From an uncultured Pelagibacteraceae bacterium (lineage in GTDB: Bacteria; Pseudomonadota; Alphaproteobacteria; Pelagibacterales; AG-422-B15), in contig CABYIR010000002.1 of NCBI GenBank assembly GCA_902518955.1, positions 48,891 to 112,890 of the forward strand: a stretch of 64,000 bases of DNA. Direction: 5' to 3'. The position numbers and the translations under genes are program-made. The notes under the pieces are model-generated. The model was not told the DNA's origin, ran no database searches, and worked only from the letters and a program-made list of their open reading frames with translations. Below, in pieces: positions 9,228 to 18,689 of this stretch (the stretch's first letter is position 1; each line of letters begins with the position of its first letter).

Positions 9228-10874
9228 CTAGTTTGAAGTAAGAAGTCGTCTAGCAATAACCTCGGCCTGCATTTCTGCGGCACCTTCAAAAATGTTAAGG
9301 ATTCTTGAATCACAAAGAAGTCTACTGATAGGATATTCCAAAGCAAATCCATTTCCACCATGAATTTGAAGTGAATTATCAGAGCAAGCCCAAGCTACTC
9401 TCGCCCCAAGTAATTTGGCCATACCAGCTTCAACGTCACAGCGGTTACCTGTATCTTTCTCACGAGCAGAATAATATGTTAACTGACGAGCAGCCATTAT
9501 TTCAGTAACCATTGAAACAATTTTTGATGAAACTCTCGGAAATTCATATATGGATTTTCCAAACTGATTTCTGTCTAAAGCATATTTTAATCCAGTTTCC
9601 ATGGATGACTGAGCAACTCCAACAGCTCTAGCGGCAGTTTGAATTCTAGCTGACTCAAAGGTTTCCATTAATTGTTTAAAGCCTTTTCCCTCTTCACCAC
9701 CTAGAAGATTTTCTTTTTTCACTTTAAAGTCATCAAAAGCAATTTCATATTCCTTCATCCCACGGTAACCTAAAACTTCGATTTCACCACCGGACATACC
9801 TTCTGAAGGAAACATATTGTCGTCATCTCCTCTTTCTTTCTCAGCCAAAAACATTGATAGTCCTTTGTAGCCTTTTTCTTCTGGATTAGTTCTTGCTAGC
9901 ATTGTCATTAGGTCACTTCTTGCACCATGGGTAATCCAAGTCTTATTTCCAGTTATAGAATAATGGGTACCATTTGCAGTAGCACGTGTTTTTAACGACG
10001 CTAAGTCAGAGCCTGTATTTGGTTCAGTAAATACTGCCGTGGGTAATATTTCACCTGAAGCAATCTTTGGAAGCCACTTTTGTTTTTGTTCCTCTGTACC
10101 ACCAATAAGAAGTAGTTCTGAAGAAATATCAGTACGGGTTCCAAGTGAACCAATGCCAATATAACCTCTAGCAAGTTCTTCAGTAACAATGCACATTGCA
10201 AGCTTACTCATTCCTAGTCCACCATATTCTTCAGGTATAGTTAGTCCAAAAATTCCAAGTTCAGACATTTTATCTATCACAGACATAGGTATTAACTCAT
10301 CCTTTAAGTGCCATTCATGAGCGTAGGGAGTTACATATTCTTCTACAAATTTATTAAATTGATCTCTAATCATTGAAGAAGTTTCATCTATTCCTAAACT
10401 TCCAAAATTATTACTTGATACACTCTCACGAATTATATTCGCAAGTTCTAATCTATCTTTAGATTCATTTCCATTTAAAATGAGATCATTAAAACTATTA
10501 TTATCAATTTCATTAAATAGTCCATTTTTTAGACTAAGATCTTTTGGGCGTATGACCTCTAGCTGAGACATAGGTATACCTGTTTTAATTTGGCACAAAT
10601 ATTCTGAAAAAATTATTTGTAATATTAATTTTTCATACTCAGTAAAACGATTTTCAGACTCAAGATTTATTGCCCAGTTAAGCATTTCTCGAAGTGTCTC
10701 TTTGTAGGTTGCAATCCAGGCTAAACCATGAGCAGCATGCTGTTCTTGATTTAGATGATCCTTTGAAACCTTTCCGTCGACAAGAACAAGTTTACTAACT
10801 TGTTCTTTAGCTACATTATAATATGCATCAACAGTTTGCTGAGCTTCTTGACACTTGGTAATTATATTATCCAT
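9228..10874 (-). CDS. mcd: long-form acyl-CoA dehydrogenase, probable (2S)-methylsuccinyl-CoA dehydrogenase
   Basis: 548 aa. An ACAD fold is preceded by an N-terminal extension of about 170 aa, as in characterised Mcd. It starts 1 nt after the ccr stop and is co-located with etfBA. Confidence 0.7.
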   Translation of the reverse strand: MDNIITKCQEAQQTVDAYYNVAKEQVSKLVLVDGKVSKDHLNQEQHAAHGLAWIATYKETLREMLNWAINLESENRFTEYEKLILQIIFSEYLCQIKTGIPMSQLEVIRPKDLSLKNGLFNEIDNNSFNDLILNGNESKDRLELANIIRESVSSNNFGSLGIDETSSMIRDQFNKFVEEYVTPYAHEWHLKDELIPMSVIDKMSELGIFGLTIPEEYGGLGMSKLAMCIVTEELARGYIGIGSLGTRTDISSELLLIGGTEEQKQKWLPKIASGEILPTAVFTEPNTGSDLASLKTRATANGTHYSITGNKTWITHGARSDLMTMLARTNPEEKGYKGLSMFLAEKERGDDDNMFPSEGMSGGEIEVLGYRGMKEYEIAFDDFKVKKENLLGGEEGKGFKQLMETFESARIQTAARAVGVAQSSMETGLKYALDRNQFGKSIYEFPRVSSKIVSMVTEIMAARQLTYYSAREKDTGNRCDVEAGMAKLLGARVAWACSDNSLQIHGGNGFALEYPISRLLCDSRILNIFEGAAEMQAEVIARRLLTSN

Positions 10875-10875
10875 A

Positions 10876-12111
10876 TTAGTTAAGTGATTTTAAACCTTCT
10901 TTTGCAGCACCAACTAAAACAGCCATATTGCCAGCTTTATGTTCGTTATTCATCATTTTTTCATGCGCATCAGGAATACCATCCCAACTAAACACCTCAG
11001 AAACACATGGATCAATTACTCCATCACTTACAAGCTGGTTTGCTGCACTAGCCTGTTTTGAATTACCAAAATGAGACCCTTGTAGTCTTTTACTATGCAT
11101 CCATAAGTATCTAGCATCTAATGTTAGATTGTAACCAGTTGTTCCAGCACAAATCACAACCATTCCACCTCTTTTAACAACAAACATTGAAACTGGAACA
11201 GTTGACTCTCCTGGGTGTTCAAAAACCATATCAACGTTTTTGCCTTTACCAGTAAATTCCCATAATGCTTTTCCAAACTTTCTTACCTCTTTCATGTAAT
11301 TGTTGTAAGCATCTTCGTCATCAATATCCGGATGTTCTCCCCAACAGTCAAAATCCTTTCTATTTAAAACTCCAACTGCACCAAGTTTTTTTACATAGTC
11401 AGCTTTGGAATTATCAGAAATGACACCAATAGGCTTGGCACCAACAGTTTTTGCTAATTGAACAGCAAAACTACCTAGTCCACCGGACGCACCCCAAACT
11501 AAAACATACTCACCAGGCTTTAATTCATTTCCTGAATGACCAAATAGCATTCTGTAGGCTGTAACTAGTGTTAAATTATAACAACCACTTTCTTCCCAAG
11601 TAAGTTGTGAGGGCTTTTTCATTAATTGATGAGCTTGAACGGAGGTAAATTGAGCAAAAGTACCATCAGCGGTTTCATATCCAAAAACTTTATTTGTTTC
11701 AGACAACATAGGCTCTCCACCGTTTACTTCGACATCTTCATGATCCCAAGTCATTGCATGAATTACAACTTCATCACCGACTTTCCATCTCTTAACATCT
11801 GATCCTACTTTCCAAACAATTCCAGAAGCATCAGATCCAGCAATATGGTAATCTTTCTTTGTAACGTCTAGGACAGATATTGGTTTACCAAGACCAGCCC
11901 AAACACCATTATAGTTGACACCAGCTGCCATTACAAAAACGAGAACTTCACTCGGACCAATTTCCGGAATATCGAATTCTTCCTCAACAAAAGATTGAAG
12001 AGGATTACCGTGCCTGTCTTTTCTTATGACCCATGCATGCATTTTTTTTGGAACATGTCCTAATGGTGGTATTTCACCAATCGCGTAAATATCTTTTTCT
12101 TCTGTCGTCAT
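10876..12111 (-). CDS. ccr: crotonyl-CoA carboxylase/reductase
   Basis: 411 aa. N-terminal GEIPPLGHVPKKMHAW and HIAGSDASGIVW resemble Ccr. The NADPH site is GASGGLGSFAVQLAK. It is divergent from ecm. Confidence 0.85.
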   Translation of the reverse strand: MTTEEKDIYAIGEIPPLGHVPKKMHAWVIRKDRHGNPLQSFVEEEFDIPEIGPSEVLVFVMAAGVNYNGVWAGLGKPISVLDVTKKDYHIAGSDASGIVWKVGSDVKRWKVGDEVVIHAMTWDHEDVEVNGGEPMLSETNKVFGYETADGTFAQFTSVQAHQLMKKPSQLTWEESGCYNLTLVTAYRMLFGHSGNELKPGEYVLVWGASGGLGSFAVQLAKTVGAKPIGVISDNSKADYVKKLGAVGVLNRKDFDCWGEHPDIDDEDAYNNYMKEVRKFGKALWEFTGKGKNVDMVFEHPGESTVPVSMFVVKRGGMVVICAGTTGYNLTLDARYLWMHSKRLQGSHFGNSKQASAANQLVSDGVIDPCVSEVFSWDGIPDAHEKMMNNEHKAGNMAVLVGAAKEGLKSLN

Positions 12112-12246
12112 ATTTTCTCCTACGTAGTATGAAGCTATATAGCTCTAAATTAGGCTTTTGCGAGGTTTATAGCCAAATAAATGAGATTAGTATATACATT
12201 TTAATTAAAACAAATTAATAAAAATTAACATTTTTTATAGGAATCT

Positions 12247-14202
12247 ATGGATAAACCTTGGTTAATCAGAACTTATGCAGGTCATTCTACTGCCAAAAAG
12301 TCAAACGAACTGTACCTGAAAAATCTTTCAAAAGGTCAAACAGGCTTATCAATCGCTTTTGATTTGCCTACTCAAACTGGGTACGACAGTGACCATATTT
12401 TGGCATCTGGAGAGGTTGGTAAAGTAGGCGTTCCTATTAGTCACATTGGAGATATGAGAGTCTTATTTGATAAGATTCCTCTTGATCAAATGAATACCTC
12501 TATGACTATAAATGCAACTGCTGCATGGTTGTTAAGTCTATATATTGCTCTGGCAGATGAGCAAGGTATTGAACGCAGTAAACTTCAAGGAACAACACAA
12601 AATGATATAATTAAAGAGTATCTATCAAGAGGTACTCATGTATTTCCTCCTGCTCCGAGTCTTCGATTAATTTCAGATATGATTACCTATACTTATAAAG
12701 AACTCCCTAAATGGAATCCTGTTAATATTTGTTCTTATCATTTGCAGGAAGTAGGAGCAAAACCTGTACAAGAGCTAGCTTTTGCTCTGAGCACTGCTGT
12801 TGCTTATTTGGATCGTGTAAAAGAAGCAGATGTCTTAAGTTCAGATGAATTTGAAAACGTCGTGGGTCGAATAAGTTTTTTTGTTAATTCAGGTATCAAA
12901 TTCATTACAGAAATGTGTAAGATGAGGGCTTTTGTAGATCTCTGGGATGAAATTACAAAAGAGAGATATGGTGTACAAAATCCAAAGAACAGAAGGTTTA
13001 GATATGGTGTTCAAGTTAATAGCTTAGGCTTGACTGAGCAACAGCCTGAAAATAATGTTTATAGAATACTTATTGAGATGATGGCAGTAGTGCTATCAAA
13101 AGATGCTAGAGCTCGGGCTGTTCAGCTTCCAGCATGGAATGAGGCTTTAGGATTACCACGTCCATGGGACCAACAGTGGTCATTAAGACTACAACAGATA
13201 CTTGCTTTTGAAACTGACCTATTAGAGTTCGAAGATTTATTTAATGGATCGAAAGTAATTGATGAAAAAGTTTTTGAAATGAAATCTGAAGCAAAAAAAG
13301 AATTTGATTACATCCAATCAATTGGAGGTGCTGTTGTTGGTATTGAAAATAGTTATTTAAAACAGCAACTTGTAAATTCAAATAAAGAAAGAATTCAAAA
13401 TATTAACGATGGTAAGCAGGTCGTTGTAGGAGTAAACAAGTTTACTGAAACAGAATCATCACCATTAACTGCAAATGATAGTGGAATAGAAACAATTGAT
13501 TCTTCAGTTGAAGCAGAGCAAATTAAATCTCTAAACGAATGGAGAGATGCAAGAGATAGTAATGCAGTTAAAGAAGCTTTACTAAAATTAAAAGAATCTG
13601 CAGAAACAGATCAAAATATTATGGAGGCTTCAATAAATGCAGCTAAAGTTGGAGTTACGACTGGTGAATGGACCGATGCACTTAGAGGTATTTATGGTGA
13701 GTTTAGAGCTCCAACAGGAATAAATCAGAATATAAAAACAGTCACTAATGGCGATTATTCTTCAATTATTAAGAGAGTAGACACTATCTCAAAGAAAATT
13801 GGAAGACGTATTAAGTTTCTAGTTGGAAAACCGGGTCTTGATGGTCATTCTAGTGGAGCTGAGCAAATAGCCGTAAGCGCTAGTGACTGTGGAATGGATG
13901 TACTATACGAAGGAATTCGATTAACTCCGGAACAAATTGTAAAATCATCGGTTGAAGAGGATGTCCATATTATTGGTTTATCTATATTATCTGGCTCACA
14001 TATTCAACTTGTTGCAGAAATAATGAAGGAACTTAAAAAGAATAACATAAATAATATTCCTGTTATTGTAGGAGGTATCATTCCTGTTGAAGATGAGAAA
14101 ATACTTTTACAGAATGGAGTTAAGGCGGTTTATACTCCAAAAAATTATCAGATGTCTGATATTATGAGTGATATAGTTTCAATAGTGGAAAAAGAATTAT
14201 AA
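12247..14202 (+). CDS. ecm: ethylmalonyl-CoA mutase (AdoCbl-dependent)
   Basis: 651 aa. N-terminus is KPWLIRTYAGHSTAKKSNELY...GLSIAFDLPTQTGYDSDH. The C-terminal B12 domain carries DxHxxG (LDGHSSG). The single-chain size matches Ecm, and it is adjacent to ccr. Confidence 0.85.
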   Translation: MDKPWLIRTYAGHSTAKKSNELYLKNLSKGQTGLSIAFDLPTQTGYDSDHILASGEVGKVGVPISHIGDMRVLFDKIPLDQMNTSMTINATAAWLLSLYIALADEQGIERSKLQGTTQNDIIKEYLSRGTHVFPPAPSLRLISDMITYTYKELPKWNPVNICSYHLQEVGAKPVQELAFALSTAVAYLDRVKEADVLSSDEFENVVGRISFFVNSGIKFITEMCKMRAFVDLWDEITKERYGVQNPKNRRFRYGVQVNSLGLTEQQPENNVYRILIEMMAVVLSKDARARAVQLPAWNEALGLPRPWDQQWSLRLQQILAFETDLLEFEDLFNGSKVIDEKVFEMKSEAKKEFDYIQSIGGAVVGIENSYLKQQLVNSNKERIQNINDGKQVVVGVNKFTETESSPLTANDSGIETIDSSVEAEQIKSLNEWRDARDSNAVKEALLKLKESAETDQNIMEASINAAKVGVTTGEWTDALRGIYGEFRAPTGINQNIKTVTNGDYSSIIKRVDTISKKIGRRIKFLVGKPGLDGHSSGAEQIAVSASDCGMDVLYEGIRLTPEQIVKSSVEEDVHIIGLSILSGSHIQLVAEIMKELKKNNINNIPVIVGGIIPVEDEKILLQNGVKAVYTPKNYQMSDIMSDIVSIVEKEL

Positions 14203-14204
14203 GT

Positions 14205-14864
14205 ATGATTGCTATTGATGGACCATCTATTCATCCATTGAGTGGAGGCAAAGCAAAACAATTGGTCATTTTTTGTCATGGATATGGTGCAGATGGTAAT
14301 GATCTTATTGGTCTCGCAAGTTACTTTCAGCAAATCTTACCAGATGCGTATTTTATTTCACCAAATGCACCAGAGTCATGTCCAATGAACCCAATGGGCT
14401 ATCAATGGTTTGATTTTACTTCTAATGATCCTGATTTAATTTGGAAAAAAGTGAATGTTGCTGGAGAAATTCTAAATAATTTTATTGATACTAAATTAAA
14501 TGAACTAAATTTATCAGACAAAGATTTATCGTTAGTCGGCTTCAGTCAAGGTACTATGATGTCACTTCATGTTGGTTTAAGGCGTATTGCAACTATGAGT
14601 TCTATTGTTGGCTTTTCTGGTAGATTGATTAGAGAAGATATTTTATCAGACGAAATGAAATCAAAACCACCAGTATACTTAATTCACGGCGACCAAGATC
14701 CAATGGTTCCTTATAGTGATACAATCAATGCTGCTAAAATACTGAAAGATTTAGATATTGATGTTCAATCACATATTTCTCCTAATACCCCTCATTCAAT
14801 TGCACAGGATGGATTAGAAATTGCTAAAAAGTTTCTATCATCAAACTTTTCACAGAATAAATAA
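14205..14864 (+). CDS. phospholipase/carboxylesterase family (acyl-protein-thioesterase-like alpha/beta hydrolase)
   Basis: 219 aa with the GFSQGTMM nucleophile elbow and the downstream HGDQDP and PHS elements of the catalytic triad. Starts 2 nt after the ecm stop. Confidence 0.8.
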   Translation: MIAIDGPSIHPLSGGKAKQLVIFCHGYGADGNDLIGLASYFQQILPDAYFISPNAPESCPMNPMGYQWFDFTSNDPDLIWKKVNVAGEILNNFIDTKLNELNLSDKDLSLVGFSQGTMMSLHVGLRRIATMSSIVGFSGRLIREDILSDEMKSKPPVYLIHGDQDPMVPYSDTINAAKILKDLDIDVQSHISPNTPHSIAQDGLEIAKKFLSSNFSQNK

Positions 14865-14916
14865 TTTATAAATATTTAATTTTGATTTTTCTGGGTTGAT
14901 ACATATATTAAGATAT

Positions 14917-15474
14917 ATGAATTCATTTATGCCTCTAGAACAGTGTCCAGCATTGGTTTTGAATTCAGATTTTCGTCCTCTTTCACATTATCCGCTCTCA
15001 TTGTGGTCATGGCAAGATAGTATAAAAGCTGTAATACTTGATCGAGTTAATATTGTCGCTAATTATTCAAGACAAATTAGAAGCCCGAGTTTTGAGATAT
15101 ATGTACCAAGTGTAATAAGTTTAAAAAATTACATAAAACCCAACCGTAATCCAATATTTTCAAGATTTAATGTTTTTTTGAGAGATAAATTTCAATGCCA
15201 ATACTGTGGGTCTAATAAGGATTTAACATTTGATCATTTGATTCCAAGATCAAATGGCGGAGAAACAACTTGGGAAAATATTGTTACTGCTTGCTCTTCT
15301 TGTAATGTCAAGAAGGGTGGCAAAAGCTTATCTAAATCAGGCATGAAACCATATAATTTGCCGAAGATACCTTCTATGAGTGATTTAGATAAATGTGGCA
15401 GATCTTTTCCTCCCAACTTCTTACATGAAAGTTGGATGGATTTTTTATATTGGGATATTCAATTAGATAAGTGA
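14917..15474 (+). CDS. HNH endonuclease family protein
   Basis: CQYCG...FDHLIPRSNGGETTWENIVTACSSCNVKKG. I prefer the ATG at 14917 over the TTG at 14896 used by the track. Confidence 0.8.
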   Translation: MNSFMPLEQCPALVLNSDFRPLSHYPLSLWSWQDSIKAVILDRVNIVANYSRQIRSPSFEIYVPSVISLKNYIKPNRNPIFSRFNVFLRDKFQCQYCGSNKDLTFDHLIPRSNGGETTWENIVTACSSCNVKKGGKSLSKSGMKPYNLPKIPSMSDLDKCGRSFPPNFLHESWMDFLYWDIQLDK

Positions 15475-15492
15475 ACTTAAATATTAGTTTTT

Positions 15493-16011
15493 TTATGTTC
15501 TCTCTGCAAGAAAAATAGCTGCTTCAGTAGTCTTATTTATCAATTTTTTTAAAATTGGATGGCTCTTATTGCTATTTTTATTTCCTGTTTCTTTGTGGTG
15601 AGCCTCATCATTTCTAAATTTTATAATTTTTTTTTGAAGATCAGTATCGATTTTATCAAGTTGATCAATTTGTTTGCTATAATGTTGTTCAATTACTTCT
15701 TCAACTGCTTCAGTGCAAACATACGCTGCTTTTGGACCAATAAGAGCTGTGCCGACCCCCATAGCAAAAGCACCAATATCAAATAATGGAGCCAATTTAC
15801 TTGGTTTAATATTTTTCTCTTTTGCAAGCTTATTGAAATAATCAAGATGCTCTTTTTCTTCTTGAGCCATTTCAGAAAAAATTTCATATTCTTTTTTATT
15901 ATTAAATAATTTGAATACAAGCTTTTGACCGTTGTAAATCCTTTGAGCTCCTATCTCTCCAGCGTGATCAACTCTAACTATTCTTTCTATAATTTTATCT
16001 TTTGCGAACAT
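15493..16011 (-). CDS. coq7: demethoxyubiquinone hydroxylase (di-iron Coq7)
   Basis: 172 aa with RVDHAGEIGAQRIY plus the EEKEHL and DEAHH di-iron ligand motifs. Confidence 0.85.
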   Translation of the reverse strand: MFAKDKIIERIVRVDHAGEIGAQRIYNGQKLVFKLFNNKKEYEIFSEMAQEEKEHLDYFNKLAKEKNIKPSKLAPLFDIGAFAMGVGTALIGPKAAYVCTEAVEEVIEQHYSKQIDQLDKIDTDLQKKIIKFRNDEAHHKETGNKNSNKSHPILKKLINKTTEAAIFLAERT

Positions 16012-16483
16012 TTTTTATTACAGACATTAAATTTAACATTAACAGTATAGACATAGTAATTAAATTTAATTCTGCAAGAGAAATTATATTAAAAATAATA
16101 GTTGGTTCATCACAACGAATGATGGGTGTGTTCTGAATTATTGCTAACAAGTCTTTTGTATTTGAAGTTTCTACAATTGCTGAACAGGCACTATTTCCAA
16201 CAAAAATTCCTCTTTCAATTCCTACATGATAAACCGTATATATAGTTCCTACTAAAATAGTAAGACAAGAAGAAATTAATAGAAAAAAATTGACTTTTAA
16301 ATTACCACTTTTGTATATGAAAAATAAACTTAAAAAAATAAGGATATAATAGGGATATCTTTCTTTGATACACATATCACAAGGAGGCAAATTAAAATTG
16401 TACTGTAAAACAAGAACGACAAAAATAACGATTACTGAAATAATAAAATTAATGAAGAATATATTTCTGAAATTTAGTTTCAT
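15995..16483 (-). CDS. dsbB: DsbB-family disulfide bond formation protein
   Basis: 162 aa with four TM segments. The first loop has CDMC followed by ER, and the second loop has a cysteine pair (SAC...RCDEP). Confidence 0.65.
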   Translation of the reverse strand: MKLNFRNIFFINFIISVIVIFVVLVLQYNFNLPPCDMCIKERYPYYILIFLSLFFIYKSGNLKVNFFLLISSCLTILVGTIYTVYHVGIERGIFVGNSACSAIVETSNTKDLLAIIQNTPIIRCDEPTIIFNIISLAELNLITMSILLMLNLMSVIKNVRKR

Positions 16484-17076
16484 TTTAAGAAAATAATAAT
16501 TAATATTAAAAAAATTATAAATAAAATTAAATATGTATTTAAACGGTTTTCAAATGATTTCATAATATCTTCTCCAAATTTCCAAATAATATAACCAATT
16601 AAAAAAAATCTAACTGATCTTGAAATGATGCTCGCAGTTATAAAAATAAGAAAATTAATTCCAATAAATCCACTTGAAAGTGTTACAATCTTGAAAGGAA
16701 CTGGCGTAAATCCTCCAATAAATACATATATAAAACCAAATTCTGAGACTTTATCTGAGAAGTTTGAGAAGGCCTCATTTAAATCGTAGAGATTTAGTAT
16801 GTACATTCCAATACTTTCAAATAAATACATTCCTATAAAGTATGCTGCTATTGCACCGAACAAGGATCCTAATAGAGCGAAACAAGCTATTTTAAAAATT
16901 CTATCTCTATCTGATGCCATCATAGGAATCATAAAAACTTCTTGAGGAAAAGGAAAAATGATTGACTCCAAAAAACAAAGTATAAATATAAAGGGATAAG
17001 CCAGTCTACTCTTTGTAAACCTTGAAGACTTTTCGAGTAAATATTTTTTTAAGCTAAAATAGAAATTTCTGATCAT
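16480..17076 (-). CDS. YqaA/DedA (VTT-domain) membrane protein
   Basis: 198-aa polytopic membrane protein with DedA-like organisation. 4-nt overlap with dsbB. Confidence 0.6.
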   Translation of the reverse strand: MIRNFYFSLKKYLLEKSSRFTKSRLAYPFIFILCFLESIIFPFPQEVFMIPMMASDRDRIFKIACFALLGSLFGAIAAYFIGMYLFESIGMYILNLYDLNEAFSNFSDKVSEFGFIYVFIGGFTPVPFKIVTLSSGFIGINFLIFITASIISRSVRFFLIGYIIWKFGEDIMKSFENRLNTYLILFIIFLILIIIFLK

Positions 17077-17167
17077 AAGAAAGAATATTTATAATATATA
17101 TTAGCACAGTATTTAATTTTAAACTTTTATTTATGACAAAAGTGTTGTCTATTGAGTGATATGAAAT

Positions 17168-17252
17168 GGGGATATGGCGGAATTGGTAGACGCGCCAGAC
17201 TCAAAATCTGGTGCCTTCGGGCGTTCCGGTTCGACTCCGGATATCCCTACCA
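17168..17252 (+). tRNA. tRNA-Leu (anticodon CAA)
   Basis: 85 nt. Acceptor GGGGATA pairs with TATCCCT, the D-arm is GCGGAATTGGTAGACGC, and the anticodon stem-loop is CCAGA-CTCAAAA-TCTGG. It has a long variable arm, a T-arm with TTCGACT and an encoded CCA. Confidence 0.9.
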
Positions 17253-17261
17253 AGAATAAGT

Positions 17262-18689
17262 ATGAAAAGAAAAACTGAGAAAAAAATTAAAATTAGAGAA
17301 TTGGAGTATATAGATCCTATAGAAGTCTTTAAACGACTTCAGGATTATAATGATCTTATTTTTTTCGATAGTGCCAGTAAAAGTCAAAAAAATAACAGAT
17401 ATTCATATATTGCACTTGATCCAGTTCATTCATACAAAGTTTTTAAACAAGGAAGAAAAAGTATTTTTGACAACAAGACAGAGACAGAAATTAAAAAAAT
17501 ATATAAAAAACTATCATTTAAAAAAAAGAATGGCTATCCAAGTTTTCAATGTGGATTTGCAGGATACATTACATACGACCAATGTCTTGGTATTGAAAAT
17601 ATAAAATCAATTAGTAAATCTTCAAATCAAGAAACTAAATTGTATTTAGGACTCTTTGATATTGTAATTGCTTTCGATTTGAAATTAAAAAAAGCATTTA
17701 TCTTTTCATATAATTTTGATCATTATTTAAAAATAAAAGATAAAAATACTCATCAATTTAGAAGAGAAAAAATAATTAATCTCTATAAAATTTCTAGAAT
17801 AAGTAACAGCAAAAAGGATCAAAAAGAATTCAATTGGGTACCTGAAATTTCTAAAAAACAATACATTATTAAGGTTAAGAAATTGCTGAATTATATTAAA
17901 TCAGGAGATATTTTTCAGGCAAATTTTACTCAACGATTTAAAGCAAGTATTCCAAAAAACTTTTCATCAATTGAAATGTATTTAAATTATCGAGAGAGAA
18001 CAAATACTCCATTTTCAGCTTTTATTAAACACAATTCGAAACACATATTTTCTTATTCTCCTGAAAGGTTCTTAAGAGTTAATGAAACTAACGTCTTAAC
18101 ATCGCCCATAAAAGGAACAATTAAAAGAGGGGAAGATCTTGATAAAGATCTTTTATTGAAGAATAAGTTATTAAATAGTTCAAAAGATTTAGCTGAAAAT
18201 CTTATGATTGTTGATGTATTAAGAAATGATATTTCAAGAGTGTGTGATTATGGTTCTGTGAAAGTTAGCAAATTAGCAAAACTAGAAAGTTATCAAAATG
18301 TGCATCATTTAGTTTCATCAATTGAAGGTAAATTATCGAAAAATAAAGATATTCTTGATTTATTGAACGCAACTTTGCCTGGCGGCTCAATAACAGGTGC
18401 TCCAAAAGTAAGAGCAATGGAAATTATTTCTGAGTTAGAAAAGAGTAATCGTGGTGTTTATTGTGGAACTATAGGATACATGTCCCTTTCAGGTTATAGT
18501 GACTTTAATATACCAATTAGAACCATCACAATTGAAAATGATCAAGCGTTGCTTAATTCAGGAGGTGGCATAGTTGCTGACTCATTACCTATCAAGGAGT
18601 ACTTTGAATCGATGAGTAAAGTAAGTAACTTATTTCCAAAAAAGAAAAAAAGAAAATATATTCAAAGTGGACAAAAATTAAAAATATGA
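17262..18689 (+). CDS. pabB: aminodeoxychorismate synthase component I
   Basis: Chorismate-binding family motifs PGGSITGAPK and GVYCGTIGY. I moved the start to the ATG at 17262 because the track start at 17211 lies inside tRNA-Leu. Confidence 0.8.
   Translation: MKRKTEKKIKIRELEYIDPIEVFKRLQDYNDLIFFDSASKSQKNNRYSYIALDPVHSYKVFKQGRKSIFDNKTETEIKKIYKKLSFKKKNGYPSFQCGFAGYITYDQCLGIENIKSISKSSNQETKLYLGLFDIVIAFDLKLKKAFIFSYNFDHYLKIKDKNTHQFRREKIINLYKISRISNSKKDQKEFNWVPEISKKQYIIKVKKLLNYIKSGDIFQANFTQRFKASIPKNFSSIEMYLNYRERTNTPFSAFIKHNSKHIFSYSPERFLRVNETNVLTSPIKGTIKRGEDLDKDLLLKNKLLNSSKDLAENLMIVDVLRNDISRVCDYGSVKVSKLAKLESYQNVHHLVSSIEGKLSKNKDILDLLNATLPGGSITGAPKVRAMEIISELEKSNRGVYCGTIGYMSLSGYSDFNIPIRTITIENDQALLNSGGGIVADSLPIKEYFESMSKVSNLFPKKKKRKYIQSGQKLKI

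Noticed and set aside
12033-12218. 61-aa ORF spanning the ccr 5' end and the ccr-ecm spacer.
   Set aside because: It begins inside ccr on the opposite strand, has a hydrophobic, low-information sequence and no SD. It is more likely chance than a divergent leader peptide.
14917-15474. HNH endonuclease as part of a restriction, defence or homing system.
   Set aside because: It is a stand-alone small HNH protein with no adjacent methyltransferase, helicase, intein/intron context or repeats. It resembles the widely conserved chromosomal HNH family rather than a mobile nuclease.
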